From NCBI RefSeq assembly GCF_004010195.1, contig NC_057720.1, forward strand, positions 24,302-83,973: 59,672 nucleotides of DNA, read 5' to 3'. Shown here piece after piece: positions 36,075 through 48,690 of this stretch. The position numbers were made by a program, and so were the translations under genes. Source of the DNA: Chiloscyllium plagiosum. Taxonomy: Eukaryota. Each line of letters starts with the position of its first letter. The stretch's first letter is position 1. The notes under the pieces were generated by a model. That model did no database searches and was not told the origin of the DNA. It worked only from the letters and a program-made list of their open reading frames with translations.

Positions 36075-38735
36075 TGGGGGAGGGGACAAACTGGAAATTC
36101 AATAAGGAAGTAAAAAGGGAACATGAGAACAAGAGAAGTTAAGAAAGACAACAGAATCAATGGAGCAGAAAACTCAAGAAGGGATCATACAGTATGGTCA
36201 AGTGAAATAGGGATTGATAGGAAGGGCGAGAAGAGTAACAAATTAAAAATATTATTTATGAATGCATGAAGCATTAGAAATAAGGTGGATGAGCTTGAGG
36301 CTCATTTGGAAATTGGCAGGTATGATGTGGTGGGGATAACTGAGATGTGGCTTTAAGTGGACAGGGCCTGGGAAATGAATATTCAAAGCTATACATGCTA
36401 TCGAAAGGACAGACCAACGGGCAGAGGGGGTGGGGTGGCCCTGTTGGTGAGGAATGATATTTAGTTCCTTGCGAGGGGGGACATAGAATCAGGAGATGTG
36501 GAGTCAATATGGATAGAGCTGAGAAATTCTAAGGGTAGAAAGACCCTGATGATAGTAATCTACAGGCCCCCAAACAGTAGGGTGTAAGTTGAATATGGAG
36601 TTGAAATTGGCCTGTCGCAAAGGTATTACTACAGTTGTTATGGGGGATTTTAACATGCAGGTAGACTGGGAGAATCAGGATGGTACTGGACCCCAAGAAA
36701 GGGAGTTTGTGGAGTGCCTCTGAGATGGATTCTTAGAACAGCTTGTACTGGAGCCTACCAGGGAGAAAGAAATTCTGGATCTGGTGTAGTGCAACAAACC
36801 GGATTTGATCAGGGACCTCAAAGTAAAGACGCTATTAGGAGGTAGTGACCATAATAAGATAAGTTTTAATCTGCAATTTGAGAGGGAGAAGGGAGAATCG
36901 GAAGTGTCAGTATTGCAGTTGAACAAAGGGAACTAAGGAGCTATGAGGGAGGAGCTGGCCAAAGTTCAATGGTTCAATACCCTAGCAGGGGTGGCAGTGG
37001 AACAACAATGACAGATATTTCTGGACATAATGCAGAAGATGCAGGGTCAGTTCATTCCAAATAGAAAGAAAGATCCTAAGGGGAGGCAGGGGCGGCTGTG
37101 GCTGACGAGGGAAGGTGAGGACTGTATAAAGATAAAAGAGGAGAAGTATAACATAATAAAGATGAGTGGGAAGCCAGAGGACTGGGAAACTTTTAAAGAA
37201 CAACAGTGGATAAATAAAAAGGCAATACGCAAAGAAAAAAAAAGAGGTATGAAGGCAAACTGGCCAAAAATATAAAGGAGGATAGTAAAAGCTTTTTTCG
37301 GTATGTGAAAAGAGAAAAGATGGTTAAGACAAACATTGGGCTCTTGAAGACAGAAACAGGTGAATTTATTATGGGGAACAAGAAAATGGCAGAAGAGTTG
37401 AATAGGTTCTTTGGATCTGTCTTCACTGGGGAAGACACGAACAATCTCCCAGATGTAATAGTGGCCAAAGGACCTAGGGTAATGGATTAGATTAGATTAC
37501 ATTACAGCGTGGAAACAGGCCCTTCGGCCCAACAAGTCCACACCGACCCGCCGAAGCGCAACCCACCCATGCCCCTACATTTACCCCTTACCTAACACTA
37601 TGGGCAATTTAGCATGGCCAATTCACCTGACCAATTGAACCCGGGTCTCAGGCGCTGTGAGGCAGCAGTGCTAACCACTGTGCCACAGTGCCGCCCACGC
37701 GGATGAACTGAAGGGAATTTATATTAGGCAGGAAATGGTGTTGGAGAGACTGTTAGGTCTGAAGGCTGATAAATCCCTGGGGCGTGATGGTCTGCATCCC
37801 AGGGTACTGAAGGAGGTGGCTCTAGAAATTGTGAACACATTGGTGATCATTTTCCAATGTTCTATAGATTCAGGATCAGTTCCTGCGGATTGGAGGGTGG
37901 CTAATGTTGTCTCACTTTTTAAGAAAGGAGGGAGAGAGAAAACAGGGAATTATCGACTGGTTAGCCTGAGGTCAGGGGTGGGAAAGATGCGGGAGTCAAT
38001 TATAAAAGATGAAATTATGACTCATTCGGATAGCAGTGACAGGATAGGTCAGAGTCAGCATGGATTTACGAAGGGGAAGTCGTGCTTGACTAATCTTTTG
38101 GAATGCATTGAGGATGTAACTATGAAGATGGACAAGGGAGAGCCAGTGGATGTAGTGTACCTGGACTTCAGAAAGCTTTTGATAAAGTGCCACATACGAA
38201 ATTAGTGAGCAAAATTAGGGCACCTGGTATTGGGGGCAAATACTGACTTGAATGGAAAATTCACTGGCTGACAGGAAGCAAAGAGTAGTGAGTAATGGGT
38301 CCCTTTTGGAATGTCAGATGGTGGCCAGTGGGGTACCACAATGTTCGGTGCTGGGACCACAGCTGTTTACAATATACATTAATGATATAGATGAAGATAT
38401 TAAAAGTAATATTAGCAAATTTGCTGATGATACAAAGCTGGGTAGCAGGACAAAATGTGAGGAGGATGTTAGGAGATTACAGGGTGACCTGGACAGGCTA
38501 GGGGAGTTGACAAATGCATGGCAGATGCAGTTTAATGTGGATAAATGTGTGGTTATCCACCTTGGTGGCAAGAACAGGAAGGCAGATTACTACCTAAATG
38601 GAGTCAAGTTAGGTAAAGGGGCAGTACAGAGAGATCTAGGTGTTCTTGTACATCAGTCAATGAAAGCAAGCATGCAGGTACAGCAGGCAGTGAAGAAAGC
38701 TAATCGAATGCTGGCCTTCATAACAAGAGGGATTG
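36075..38735 (+). mobile_element. CR1 LINE ORF2 (APE-RT) with an HE1 insertion
   Basis: MGDFNM, SDHN, SQHGFTKGKSCLTNL and FADDTKLG motifs. Confidence 0.9.
37488..37698 (-). mobile_element. HE1-like SINE with an internal deletion of the V-domain
   Basis: (attag)n tail and tRNA-like head present; junction cacctgacc/aattgaaccc. Confidence 0.85.
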
Positions 38736-39612
38736 GATGTAATGGTGGAAAGAATGACCAACGGTGAATTCCAAACCAAGGTTTACAGGAAGGCAACCCT
38801 CACAGACCAAATCCTTAATTTCAACAGCAACGAACCCAATGCCCATAAACAGAGCTGTGTCAGAACACTGTTCAAATAGGCAATGACACACTGCCCACTC
38901 CAGAACTATGCAAAAATGAAGAACACCTTCACAAGGTTTTTGCAAACAGCAGATACCCAAAATCAGCTTCATTCGCTAATGCCTATGGAACAGATGACAT
39001 CATAAAGACACAGTACAGTCGGATACACTGGTCATCCTACCTTACATTAAGAACATTTGGAAATGACAACAAGATTCCTATGACCACTCAGAATCATGGT
39101 AGCGCACAAACCCACAGCCAACTGCTGTCAAGGAAAAAGACCCTATACTTGTAACATATGGAACCAACATCATGTACAAAATTTCATACAGTGACTGTCA
39201 CAAACACTACATCGGACAGACCGGAAGGAGACTAGCTACCAGAATACGTGAACACCTACTGGCACGACCATTTCTCACTCAACTTCATACAGTCAGACAA
39301 AGAGGGTTATCAATTTGATGAGGATAATGTAACCATCTTGGGACAGCGAACCAAATACATGCCCTGGAATTTCCCGAGGCCTGGTTCTCAACTTGGAACA
39401 CTAACAGCAGACATGTAGAGCCAGATTCTGTATATGAACCACTGTAGAGCAGGAGCAGAAATGACACAGCCCTCCATAAAAGACCGGGTCAGATAGATAA
39501 TGAGTGGAGTGGTACAACAACACCTCACTGGAAGGTGCAATGAGGATGTTACCTAGTCGGGTGACCAAATGTCTGCATACAAACCAACCAGGTCAGTAAG
39601 CAAACCAACAAT
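38736..39612 (+). mobile_element. PLE family B (Poseidon/Penelope-type): RT thumb, GIY-YIG and pseudo-LTR
   Basis: VYRKATLTDQILNFNS, LPYIK and TNIMYKIS...HYIGQTGRRLATRIREH motifs; no Cys-rich linker seen; degenerate hammerhead at 39540-39573. Confidence 0.82.
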
Positions 39613-39825
39613 CACTTGTATGCCTTGCCATTACAAGTGCAAGTGCATAATGTAAATATTTTTTACATGTTCTGAAGGTTTCTGCCTCTATCACCCTTAC
39701 AGCCAGTGAATTCCAGATTCCCACCTCTCTCTGAGTGAAAATCGGTTCCTTACATCTTCAGCATTATTTTCTTCCTCTTTTCCCAAACCTCTCAATGTGT
39801 GGGTTTAACCTGGTTCCTGCTTCAA

Positions 39826-39925
39826 GGGGTTTAGATTAGAGTGGTGCTGGAAAAGCACAGCAGGTCAGGCAGCATCCGAGGAGCAGGAAAATCGACGTTT
39901 CGGGCAAAAGTCCTTCACCAGGAAT
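39826..39925 (-). mobile_element. PLE family A 100-bp pseudo-LTR fragment
   Basis: Hammerhead at 39894-39921; ends at CAGGAAT. Confidence 0.8.
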
Positions 39926-40350
39926 ATGCTTGCCTTCATCGGACGGGGTATTGAGTATAAGAGCTGGCAGGTCATGTTAAAATCGTACAAGACATTGGTT
40001 CGGTCACAGGTCATGTTAAAATCGTACAAGACATTGGTTCGGTCACATTTGGAATACTGTGTACAGTTCTGGTCACCACATTACCAAAAGAATGTGGACG
40101 CTTTGGAGAGGGTGCAGAGAAGGTATACAAGGATGTTGCCTGGTATGGAAGGTGTTAGCTATGAAGAGAGGTTGAGTAGGTTAGGATTGTTTTCATTAGA
40201 GAAAAGGAGATTGAGGGGGTCCCTGATTGAGGTTTACAAAATCATGAAAAGTATAGACAAGGTGGATAGAGACAAGCTTTTTCCCAGGGTGAGGGATTCG
40301 ATAACGAGAGGTCGCGCTTTCAAGGTGAGAGGTGAAATGTTTAGGGGGGA
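39926..40350 (+). mobile_element. CR1 RT C-terminal fragment with a 39-bp in-frame tandem duplication (39968-40045)
   Basis: QVMLKSYKTLVRS occurs twice; LEYCVQFWSP motif. Confidence 0.88.
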
Positions 40351-40360
40351 TAACGTGGCA

Positions 40361-40975
40361 AATAGAACATAGAACATAGAACATAGAACATAGAAGAATA
40401 CAGCGCAGTACAGGCCCTTTGGCCCTCGATGTTGCGCCGATCCAAGCCCACCTAACCTATACTAACCCACTATCCTCCATATACCTATCCAATGCCCGCT
40501 TAAATGCCCATAAAGAGGGAGAGTCCACCACTGCTACTGGCAGGGCATTCCATGAACTTACGACTCGCTGAGTGAAGAACCTACCCCAACTTCAGTCCTA
40601 TATCTACCCCCCCTTAATTTAAAGCTATGCCCCCATGTAATACCCGACTCCATACGCGGGAAAAGGTTCACACTGTCAACCCTATCTAAACCCCTAATCA
40701 TCTTGTACACCTCAATCAAGTCACCCCAAACCTTCTTTTCTCTAATGAAAACAGCCCCAAGTGTCTCAGTCTTTCCTCATACGATCTTCCTTCCATACCA
40801 GGCAACATCCTGGTAAACCTCCTCTGCACCCGTTCCAGTGCCTCCACATCCTTCCTATAGTATGGCAACCAAAACTGCACACAATATTCCAGATGCGGCC
40901 GCACCAGAGTCTTATACAACTGCATCATGACCTCAGGACTCCGGAACCCAATTCCTCTACCAATAAAAGCCAATA
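40361..40975 (-). mobile_element. Young CR1 3' end
   Basis: (atagaac)n tail; CpG-rich; LEYCVQFW motif. Confidence 0.9.
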
Positions 40976-41231
40976 AAATGAAATTCTATGAGCTGAAAAA
41001 GAAACTCTTGATATTTACTGACATTTTTAATAATATAATACACAATTATTTAAATTAAAGCTGTCCAGAAAAGTAATCAATGCTAATCAAGCATAATTTC
41101 CCATTGAAGCCGAACAAATTCATTCACAGCCATTCGCAGTTCTTTTGGGAGCCAGTAGAGTCATAATGGGTCAAATAGCTTCTTTCTGTACTGTAAAATT
41201 TGATATTTCTATGTTTCTGATCACTATGTCA

Positions 41232-41640
41232 CAAGAACCCTCCTTTCCAGGATAAAACAGGCTGGTTGATTGGCACCACATCCACCAGCATTCACCCCCT
41301 CCACTACAAAAGCTAAGTAGCAGCAGTGTGTACCATCTATAAATACATTGCAAAAATTCACCAAGACTCCTTAGTCGCCATCTTCTAAATCCGCAGCCGT
41401 TCCTGTCTAGAAGGACCAGTGCATGCGAGTACCATCATCTGCAAGTTTCCCTTCAAGACATTCACCATCCTGGCTTGGAAATATAATGTTGTTCCTTTAG
41501 TGTCACTGGTTAAAAATCCTGGAGCTCCCTCCACATCATATTGTGGGTCTACTTTCCCTAATGAATCACAATGGTTCAAGGAAGCTCACCACCATCTTCT
41601 CCAGGACAACTTTGAATAGGCAATAAACGCTGTTGCAGAC
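41232..41640 (+). mobile_element. LINE family B 3' end
   Basis: Matches the reverse complement of about 56800-57220; ends with gcaataaac. Confidence 0.7.
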
Positions 41641-41812
41641 AATGAAGAAAACAAAGTGGCACAAAATCCAACATGTTTGTGCTATTTTCAAATGTAATGA
41701 CTCTGTAACCTTGTACTTGCCTAATAATAAGTGCAGAGATAGGTTTAGGAACTTATAACCATATGGCTAACAATGTTGCTCTTCAATCATTTACTTTTTT
41801 TTTCTTGCACAG

Positions 41813-41871
41813 ACTGTGTTCACTTCCCTCACACCTCAGGCATGCAGCTATTTGCAATAAGATCATTTTAA
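41813..41871 (+). other. Candidate spliced exon (59 nt)
   Basis: Strong acceptor tttttttttcttgcacAG| and donor |GTGAGT in unique DNA. Confidence 0.4.
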
Positions 41872-42104
41872 GTGAGTTGGCACACATTGCTTGAGCTGGT
41901 AGCCTGTTCCGTATGTTAACAAGCCTCATGCGTAAAGAAACTACTCCTTTTAAGTACTTAGCTGTAAGCATCTTTGGTTTTTACTGTGAAGAAGCATATG
42001 CCAATTTACATTTACACAGCCTGCAGAGAACATTTAGTTCAAGTCAGGATACTTAAAACAGGATTCAAACTTTTAAAATTTGTGAATACTTGAATTAATT
42101 AACA

Positions 42105-42622
42105 TACCTTCTATAGGAAGGATGTTATCAAACTTGAGAGGGTGCAGAAAAGGTTTACAAGGATGTTGCTAGTACTGGAGGGTTTGAGCTATAGGGAGAG
42201 GTTGAATAGGCTGGGGCTTTTTTCCGCTGGAACATTAAAGACTGAGGAGTGACCTTATCAAAGTTTATAAAATCATGAGGGGCATGCATTTGATGAATAG
42301 CAAAGATCTTTTTCCTCGGGTAGGAGAGTCCAAAATTAGAAGGCATAGGTCTAAGGTGAGAGTGGAAAGATTTTAAAAGGACCTGAGGTGTAACTTTTTC
42401 ATCCAGAGGACAGTGCCTGTATGGAAGGAACTGCCAGAGGAATTAGTGAAGGCTGGTACAATTACCACATTTAAAAGGCATCTGGACATGTACATGAATA
42501 GGAAGGATCTAGAGGGATACCAGCCAAATGGTGGCAAATGGGACTAGGTCAGATTTGAACGTCTGGTCTACATGGATGAGTTGGACCAAAAGGTCTCTTT
42601 CTGTGTTGTATGATTTCATGAT
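42105..42622 (+). mobile_element. CR1 3' end
   Basis: YRKDVIKLERVQKRFTRML motif followed by 3' UTR. Confidence 0.85.
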
Positions 42623-43159
42623 CCACCTGAATGGGTAGGTTTACATTCACAATTTGAGTTGCAGACTGAGATATCCCGTTCTGAAGATCTAAAGGATTGG
42701 CTCAAGCATCCCTGGCATTTTGGTGTGAACTTGCTTGTTTGACCTGGTCATTTCAGGGGCAGCAGGTGCTACTTTAAGATACAATTCAGAGCCATTTATT
42801 CCAGTTTAGTTTGAATGAATGTAAAGTTAAAATGAGATTATGCTGGTGGCAACAAGTGATGTGGGTATGGATCTGTATCAAGGTTTCCTCTTGGGTAGCT
42901 CTTGACACTTGAAGGACTTTCTTCATGTTCCTCAGCTTCCCAACCCCCACCATAAAATCATGATAGTGTGGGGAATAGGTGCTGCATCTGTCATTTATCC
43001 ATCCCACAAACTGATATTTCAAACTTATTTTTATATCTACAAAGCACCAGTTGCATCCACCTAGCACAAAAATGCAAAAACACATGTACTTTCCACCTGG
43101 GACTATGTTAAGGCATCTTGTGAGAAATTAGTTGAATTCAGGTTTACTCTCTCCAACAA

Positions 43160-43262
43160 AATAATTCCTGAAGAGTCACCAGATTCAAAATATTAGTTCT
43201 ATTGTTTCTCCACAGGTGCTGCCAGATCTGTTGAGTTTCTCCAACTATTTGTGCTTTTGTTT
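43160..43262 (+). mobile_element. Family D short element
   Basis: Degenerate cctgaagagtcaccagattcaaaa followed by gtgctgccagatctgttgagtttctcca. Confidence 0.5.
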
Positions 43263-43289
43263 ACCCTCCTTTGAAATTGATGCCATGTT

Positions 43290-43528
43290 CCTAACTTCAC
43301 ACAGAGGGTGGTAGGTGCCTGGAATGCGTTGCCAGCAGAGGTAGTAGAGGCAGGCACGGTAGATTCATTTAAGATGGGTCTGGACAGATGCATGAGTAGG
43401 TGGGGAGCAGAGGGATACTGATGCTTAGGGATTGGGTGATAGGTTTAGACAGTGGATTTGGATCAGCACAGGCTTGGAGGGCCGAAGGGCCTGTTCCTGG
43501 GCTGTAAATTTTCTTTGTTCTTTGTTCT
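43290..43528 (+). mobile_element. CR1 3' end
   Basis: FTQRVVGAWNA motif; tctttgttctttgttct tail. Confidence 0.8.
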
Positions 43529-43529
43529 T

Positions 43530-45010
43530 ATGTGAGAAGCTCTTAATGCCTGGGATCATTCCTGTAAACCTCCTTTGGACCCCCTCCAACTCCGGCACAT
43601 CCTTCCTCAGATACAGGGCCCAAAAATGCTCATAGTATTCCAAATGCAGTCTGACCAGAGCCTTATACAGTCTCAGCAGTACATCTTTGCTCTTGTATTC
43701 TTGTCATCCTGAAATTAATGCTAACATTGCATTTGCCTTCCTAACTGTCAACTGAACCTGCATGGTGACCTTAAGGGAATCCTGAACTAGGACTCCCAAG
43801 TCTTGTTGTGTTTCAGATTTCTGAAGCCTTTCCCTAGTTAGAAAATAATCTCCACCTCTACTCTTCCTAAAGTTAATAATCTCACATTTTCTCATGTTAT
43901 ATTTTATTTGCCTCTTCTTTGCTCACTCTCCCACCCTGTACAATCCTTCTTCTGCCTCCCCACTTCCTCAACATTACCTGACTCTCCATCAATCTTTGTG
44001 TCATCTACAAACTTTGCAATAATGTCCTCAGTTCCTTCGTCCAGATCATTAATGTGTAATGGGAACTATTGTAGTCCCAATACTGACCCCTGAGGAACTT
44101 CACTGGCCACTAGCTGCCATCCTGAAAAAGACCCCTTTGTCCTCACTCTGCCTTATGCCAGTCAGCCAATCCTCTCTCCATGCCAGTACCTTGCCGCTAA
44201 TACAATGGGCTCTTATCTCATTTAACAGCTTCCTGTGCGGCAAAGGCCTTCTGGAAATCCAAATAGATCACGTCCACTGTGTCTCTTTTCTCTAACTTGC
44301 TCATTGCCTCCTCAAAGAATTCTAACAGGTTTTTCATGTATGACCTCCCCTTGATGAAGCTGTGCTCACTCAGCCCTATTTTGCCATGCACTCCGAGTAC
44401 ACTGCAATCTCATCCTTAATAATGCACTCTAAAATCTTGCCAATGACAGAGGTCGGGATAACAGACCTGTAGTTTCCTATCTTCTGCCTCTCTCCCTTCT
44501 TAAACAGGTGTTACATTAACCGTTTTCCGATTCTCTGAGACCCTCCTTGACACCAGTGATCCTGAAAGATGACTTCCAACGCCTACCCAATCTCCTCCAT
44601 TATCTCCTTCAGAGCCCTGGGGTGTAGTCCATCTGATCTGGGTGGTTATTCACCTTCAGACCGTTCAGCTTCCCCAGCACCTTCTCCTTAGTGATGGCCA
44701 CTGCACTCACCTCTGTCCCCTAACTCTCAAAGTTCTGGTATGTTTTCCTCTGAAAACTGATGTAAAGTACCTATTCAGTTCCTCTGTCAATTTTATTCCC
44801 CAGTTATACTTCTCTAGCCTCATTTTCCAGCAGTCCAGTATCTATTCCTGCCTCGCTCTTACCTTTTATATACCTAAAAATAACACTTCAATATAACTAA
44901 CTAGCCTATTCTTACATTTTATCTTCTCTTCCTTATTGCCTTTTTTAATTGTCCTCAGCTGATTTTTAAAGGCCTCTCAATGCTCTGGCTTCCCACGGAT
45001 CTTCATCACC
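43530..45010 (-). mobile_element. CR1 ORF2 fragment
   Basis: LEGVQRRFTGMIPG, KCEIINF and QGSVLG motifs. Confidence 0.85.
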
Positions 45011-45175
45011 ATGGATTTTATCTTTGGTTTTTGTGTGATTGAAATTGGAGGTGTAGTGGACAGTGAAAAAGGTTACCTCAGAGTATAACAGAATCTTGAT
45101 CAGATGGCCCAATGGACTGAGGAGTCGCAGATGGAGTTCAATTTGGATAATTTATTGCGAAGCTATGGAAGTGAT

Positions 45176-45484
45176 TATTAGATTAGATTAGATTACTTAG
45201 AGTGTGAAAACAGGCCCTTCGGCCCAACAAGTCCACACCGCCCCGCCGAAGCGCAACCCACCCTTACCCCTTACCTAACACGACAGGCAATTTAGCATGG
45301 CCAATTCACCTGACCTGCACATCTTTGGACTGTGGGAGGAAACCGGAGCACCCGGAGGAAACCCACGCAGACACGGGGAGAATGTACAAACTCCACACAG
45401 TCAGTCGCCTGAGGCGGGAATTGAACCTGGGTCTCTGGCGCTGTGAGGCAACAGTGCTAACCACTGTGCCACCGTGCCGCCCAC
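45176..45484 (-). mobile_element. Full-length HE1-like SINE
   Basis: Close reverse complement of 11302-11627. Confidence 0.9.
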
Positions 45485-47262
45485 ACTTGCTGAGATATTT
45501 GTATCATCGATAGTCACAGGTGAGGTGCCGGAAGACGGGAGGTTGGCTAATGTGGTGTCACTGTTTAAGAAGGGTGGCAAGGACAAGCCAGTGATCTATA
45601 GACCGGTGAGCCTGATGTCGGTGGTATCCTAAGGGACAGGATGTATATGTATTTGGAAAGGCAAGGACTGATTAGGAATAGTCAACATGATTTTGTGTGT
45701 GGAAAATCATGTCTCACAAACTTGATTGAGTTTTTTGAAGAAGCAACAAAGAGGATTGACGAGGGCAGAGCGGTAGATGTGATCTATGTGGACTTCAGTA
45801 AGGCATTCGACAAGGTTCCCCATGGGAGACTGGTTAGCAAGGTTAGATCTCATGGAACACAGGGGAAAATGAGCCATTTGGATACAGAACTGGCTCAAAG
45901 GTAGAAGGGTGGTGGTGGAGGGTTGTTTTTCAGACTGGAGGCCTGTGACCAGTGGAGTGCCACAAGGACCGGTGCTGGGTCCTCTACTTTTCATAATTAG
46001 TATAAATGATTTGGATGCGAACATAAGAGGTATAGTTAGTAATTGTGAAGATGACACCAAAATTGGAGGTGTAGTGGACAGCGAAGAAGGTTACCTCAGA
46101 TTACAACAGGATCTGGACCAGATGGGCCAATGGACTGAGAAGTGGTAGATGAAGTTTAATTTAGATAAATGCGAGGTGCTGCATTTTGGGAAAGCAAATC
46201 TTATCAGGACTTATACACTTAATGGTAAGGTCCTAAGGAGTGTTGCTGAACAAAGAGACCAGGTGTTTGGTATTCTTTCCTTTATTGGTCAGAGTATTGA
46301 GTACAGGAGTTGGGAGGTCATGTTCCAGCTGTACATGTCATTGGTTAGATCGCTGTTGGAATATTGCGTGCAATTCTGGTCTCCTTCCTATTGGAAGGAT
46401 GTTGTGAAACTTGAAAGGATTCAGAAAAGATTTGCAAGGATGCTGCCAGGGTTGGAGGATTTGAGTTATAGGGAGAGGCTGAACAGGCTGGGGCTGTTTT
46501 CCCTGGAGCGTCGAAGGCTGAGGGGTGACCTTATAGAGGTTTACAAAATTATGAGGGGCATGGATAGGATAAATAGACAAAGACTTTTCCTTGTGGTGGG
46601 GGAGTCCAGAACTAGAGGGCATAGGTTTAGGGTGAGAGGAGAAAGATATAAAAGAGACCAAGGGGGCAACTTTTTCACAGAGGATGGTGTATGGAATGAG
46701 CTGCATGAGGAAGTGGTGGAGGCTGGTACAATTGCAACATTTAAAAGGCATTTGGATGGGTATATGAATAGGAAGGGTTTGGAGGAATATGGGTGAGGTG
46801 CTGGCAGGTGGGACTAGGTTGGGTTGGGATATCTGATTGGCATGGACGGGTTGGACCGAAGGGTCTATTTCTGTGCTATAAATCTCTATGACTCTATGAC
46901 TCTAAATGCGAGGTGCTGCATTTCAGAAAGGCAAATCAGGGCAGGACATAAACACTTAATGGGAAGGTCCTGGGGAGTGTTGCTGAATAAAGAGACCTTG
47001 GAGTGCAGGTTCATAGCTCCTTGAAAGTGGAGTCTCAGGTAGAAGAAGGATAGTGAAGAAGGTGTCTGGTATGCTTTCCTTTATTGGTCAGAGCATTGAG
47101 TTTAGGAGTTGGGAGGTCATGTTGTGGCTGTACAGGACATTGATGAAATCACTTTTAGAATACTATGTTCAATTCTGGTCTCCCTGCCATAGGAAAGATG
47201 TGAAACTTGATAGGATTCAGAAATGATTTACAAGGATGATGCCAGGATTGGAGGGTTTGAGT
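45485..47262 (+). mobile_element. CR1 RT to 3' end (ends about 46902), followed by a second CR1 RT fragment
   Basis: SCLTNLIEFF, PQGPVLGPLLF and LLEYCVQFWSP motifs; (ctatgact)n tail. Confidence 0.9.
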
Positions 47263-47264
47263 TG

Positions 47265-48528
47265 AGTGAAAAAGGTAGGCAGCTGACAGTCAGAGGATGG
47301 AAAGGGAACTGACAGACAGTGCAGGGATCCCCTGTGACTGTTCCCCTTAACAACACGTATACCATGTTGGTGGGAACGACTTACCGGGGTAAGCAATGGG
47401 GCACAGGTCTCTGGCACAGAGTCTGTCCCTATTGCTCAGAAGGGAAGGGGGAAGAGGAGCAGAGCATTAGTCACTGGAGACTCCATAGACAGGGGGACAG
47501 ATAGGAGGTTCTGTGGGAACGAGAGAGACTCATGGTTGGTGTGTTGCCTCCCAGGTGCCAGGGTTCATGATGTCTCTGATCGTGCTTTCGGGATTCTTAA
47601 GTAGAAGGAGGAGCAGCCCCAAGTCGTGGTCCACATAGGCACCAACGACGTCGGTGGGAAAAGGGATGGGGATTTAAGTCAGACATTCAGGGAGCTAGAG
47701 TGGAAGCTTAGAGATAGAACAAACTGAGTTGTTGTCTCTGGTTTGTTGCCTGCGCCACCTGCTAGCAAGGCGAAGAATAAGGAGAGAAAGGAGTTGAACA
47801 CATGACTACAGGGATGGTGCAGGAGGAAGGGTTTTGGATTCCTGGATAATTGGGGCTCATTCTGGGGTAGGTGGGACCTCTACAAACAGGATGGTCTACA
47901 CCTGAACCAGAGAGATACCAATATCCTGGGGGGGGGAGAATTTTCTAACGCTCTTCAGGAGGGTTTAAACTAATTCAGCAGGGGGATGGGAACTAGAATT
48001 GTAGCTCCAATTCCAGGAGGTTGAGAGCAGTGAGGTCATGAATAAGGTTTCAAGGTCGCAAGAGTTCACCAGCAAGCCAGAAGTTAATTTGAAGTGTGTC
48101 TACTTCAACGCCAGGAGCATCCGGAATAAGGTGGATGAACTTGCAGCATGGGTCGGTACCTGGGACTTTGATGTTGTGGACATTTCGGAGACATGGATAG
48201 AACAGGGACAGGAATGTTTGTTGCAGATTCCGGGGTTTAGATGTTTCAGTAAGAACAGAGAAGATGGTAAAAGAGTGGGAGGTGCAGCATTGTTAATCAA
48301 GGACAGTATTATGATGGCAGAAAGGACGTTTGAGGACTCGTCTACTGAGGTAGTTTGGGCTGAGGTTATAAACAGGAAAGGAGAGGTCACTGTGTTGGGG
48401 GTTTTCTATAGGCCTCCGAATAGTTCCAGAGTTGTAGAAGAAAGGATAGCAAAGATAATTCTGGACAGGAGTGAGAGTAAGAGGGTAGTTGTTATGGGGT
48501 CTTTAATTTTCCAAACATTGACTGGAAA
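47265..48528 (+). mobile_element. CR1 ORF1 (SGNH esterase) and start of ORF2 APE
   Basis: GDS...CCLPGARV, HIGTND and DGLHLN in ORF1; YFNARSIRNK, ISETW and YRPP in ORF2. Confidence 0.9.
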
Positions 48529-48529
48529 T

Positions 48530-48690
48530 GAATCTGAAACCAAAAGAGAAAATGCTGGAAAATCTCAGCAGGTCTGGCAACATCTGTAAAAAGAGAAAAG
48601 AGCTGACGTTCGAGTCTAACTGATCCTTTGTCAAAGCATTTTCTCTTTTGGTTTCAGATTCCAGCATCCACAGTAATTTGCTTTTATTAG
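48530..48690. mobile_element. Family D short element with a 27-bp perfect inverted repeat
   Basis: 48530-48556 is the reverse complement of 48635-48661 and encloses a degenerate minus-strand hammerhead-like motif. Confidence 0.7.

Noticed and set aside
40361..40395. Short periodic repeats such as (ATAGAAC)n, (AATCT)n and (AGAGTCAT)n as a CRISPR-like or novel array
   Set aside because: There are no spacers; these are LINE/SINE 3' microsatellite tails.
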